Source of the DNA: Myxococcota bacterium
GTDB taxonomy: Bacteria > Myxococcota_A > Polyangia > Nannocystales > Nannocystaceae
NCBI GenBank assembly: GCA_039194325.1
Contig: JBCCWC010000001.1
Coordinates: forward strand, 128,001 to 192,000
DNA: 64,000 bases
Direction: 5' to 3'
The position numbers and the translations under genes are program-made. Positions within the stretch are counted from its first letter, which is position 1. Each line of letters begins with the position of its first letter. Shown one piece after another: positions 62,421-64,000 of the stretch. The notes beneath the pieces were generated by a model, which was not told where the DNA came from, ran no database searches, and saw only the letters and a list, made by a program, of their open reading frames with translations.

Positions 62421-64000
62421 ATGATGTCGCTCGTTCCCGCTCCCATTGCGACCGCACTCGAAGGGATGCTCGTGTCCGTGCCGGCCGCTCCCACGCCTTC
62501 GGCCACCACCGCGACAGCGACGCGCGCCTATCGACTTGGCTGTCGCGGTCGACGAGCAACGGGCGAACGCCATCTGCTGGCGCTGCTCGACCACGCCGAC
62601 GCCCCCGATGGCTACACGCGACTGTTGCTGGGCATGCTCTATCGAGGCGGTTGCCAGCTGGCCAAGGCGACCGCGCAGCTCGATCGGGCGATCACCAGCG
62701 GGAAGCTGGCCGGTCAGGCGCTGACGCTGGCCTGCACGATGCTCGTCGACACGCTGGCGCAGCAAGGCGAGCTGGCCGCCGCTCGCGTGGTGCTTACCCG
62801 GGCTCCGCCCGACGAGCCGCTCGTGCGTGCGGTCTTCGAGCTGGCCCAAGGAGAGCTCGACGCTGCCGCCGATCGCCTGCGCCTGGCGGCCGCTCGGGCC
62901 GCGGCCAAGCACCGATGCCAGCGGCTGTGGGCCCTGTTGCTGCTGAGCAACGTGCTCCTCGACCAACAGGATCTCCCCGGAGCGGCCAACGCCCTCGAGC
63001 GCGCGTCCGACTTGCTGCCCCGTCGCGGCCGATTTGAAGAGACCTACGTGCTCGCGCTGACCTCGTGGCTGCGCCTGGAGGCGCTCCGGGCACAGACGCA
63101 GCCGGCCGACGGATCATCGCTGCGACGCGCTCAGAAGTCCGCGGCCATATACACCACGTACTACCCGCGCTACCGGCGACTATGTGACGCCTTCATCGCG
63201 CTAGAGCAGAGCCGTCGCGGTCGACCCCCCAGCCTGGAGGCGGCCGAGAAGCTCGTGGCGGATCTCGAGTCGTTGGGCTGCGTCCTCGATGCGGGGCGAA
63301 TCGCCGCGCAGTGGGTGCGACGGGTCGACGGAGAAGCGGAGCGGTTCAACCACGCCCTGCGGCCCCGCGCCATCGACCTGCTGCGACGGGCCGGCGCCGC
63401 CGGCTGGCTCGAGACGATCGAGCGACGCGATCGATCGTCGTCGATCGACCCACCCACCGTGGCTCTCGCGCGCAAGACATCGAGCTCTTCCTCCGATGGA
63501 CAGTCGTACGACGCTCCCACCGTGACCATCAATCGCGGGGCCGAGACCTCGCGTTCCGGCGAGCAGGCCAACGACCCACCGACCGTCACCTTTCGCCGGC
63601 ACGAGGTCGACGTATCGGCCCTGGTCACCCCGACCAAGATCACCCGAGCCGGGGATCCGCTCGCCGGGCACGACCCCGCCCCGAGCGATTCGCTCACCGT
63701 GAGCATCGACCGCGGATCCGCCCCTGGCCATCGTGACCAGGTGGCGATCGAGACCCTCTTCGCCGTCAATCGGGCGATCTCGGCGAAGCTGAACATCGAC
63801 GAACTCCTACAGGAGCTGCTGACTCGGGTCAGCGACGTGCTCCGAGCCGAGCGCGGCGCGGTGTTCTGGTACGAGGGCGAGCGCTTCCGCAGCGTGGCTT
63901 CCCGGGGATTCGGTGAGTCCGGTGAGTTCGGTGAGTTCGGTGAGTTCAGTGAGTCCGGCGAGTCCGATGCGGTCGAGCTCGCGGTGTCCCAAACCGTGCT
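62421..64000 (+). CDS. TPR-like + GAF-domain protein (partial, runs off the right edge)
   Basis: Manual translation of parts of the frame from ATG 62421; C-terminal LFAVNRAISAKLNIDELLQELL...AERGAVF is a typical GAF entry. No stop found, so absent from the ORF track. Confidence 0.7.
   Translation, partial: MMSLVPAPIATALEGMLVSVPAAPTPSATTATATRAYRLGCRGRRATGERHLLALLDHADAPDGYTRLLLGMLYRGGCQLAKATAQLDRAITSGKLAGQALTLACTMLVDTLAQQGELAAARVVLTRAPPDEPLVRAVFELAQGELDAAADRLRLAAARAAAKHRCQRLWALLLLSNVLLDQQDLPGAANALERASDLLPRRGRFEETYVLALTSWLRLEALRAQTQPADGSSLRRAQKSAAIYTTYYPRYRRLCDAFIALEQSRRGRPPSLEAAEKLVADLESLGCVLDAGRIAAQWVRRVDGEAERFNHALRPRAIDLLRRAGAAGWLETIERRDRSSSIDPPTVALARKTSSSSSDGQSYDAPTVTINRGAETSRSGEQANDPPTVTFRRHEVDVSALVTPTKITRAGDPLAGHDPAPSDSLTVSIDRGSAPGHRDQVAIETLFAVNRAISAKLNIDELLQELLTRVSDVLRAERGAVFWYEGERFRSVASRGFGESGEFGEFGEFSESGESDAVELAVSQTV

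Overview
High-GC window whose gene content looks myxobacterial, probably Nannocystaceae-like: many Cys-rich lipoproteins, Ser/Thr kinases, FHA, STAS and PilZ proteins. This taxonomic call is inference. About 50 CDS are supported; I saw no rRNA, tRNA, CRISPR array or transposase. Main points: (1) A candidate new RiPP-type cluster at about 48.7-57.1 kb. An unannotated 19-aa ORF (MKARKKIKKVKKVAIVAGV, strong RBS) sits between a divergent sulfotransferase + E1/YcaO pair and an adenylate-forming ligase + SufS-like cysteine desulfurase. An aldehyde dehydrogenase, a hydrolase and possibly a SnoaL protein and GT1 glycosyltransferase lie nearby. (2) A Pup-like modifier ending in GGE directly upstream of a PafA-family ligase with a transmembrane insertion, with no proteasome genes in the window. 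(3) A low-GC island (about 57.1-60.6 kb) with a dTMP kinase and an HTH/nucleoside-deoxyribosyltransferase-like gene broken by one in-frame TAA; a candidate defence module. (4) A partner-switching-like signalling block (STAS-Zn ribbon, RsbW-like ATPase, kinases) including an MFS transporter fused to an RsbW-like domain. (5) A eukaryote-type DHCR24 sterol reductase, a methyltransferase with a histone-H1-like (KKKAAG)12 tail, an ATPase + nuclease-like pair, and boxC-boxB without an adjacent boxA. All family assignments come from motif recognition by eye; no database search was run.
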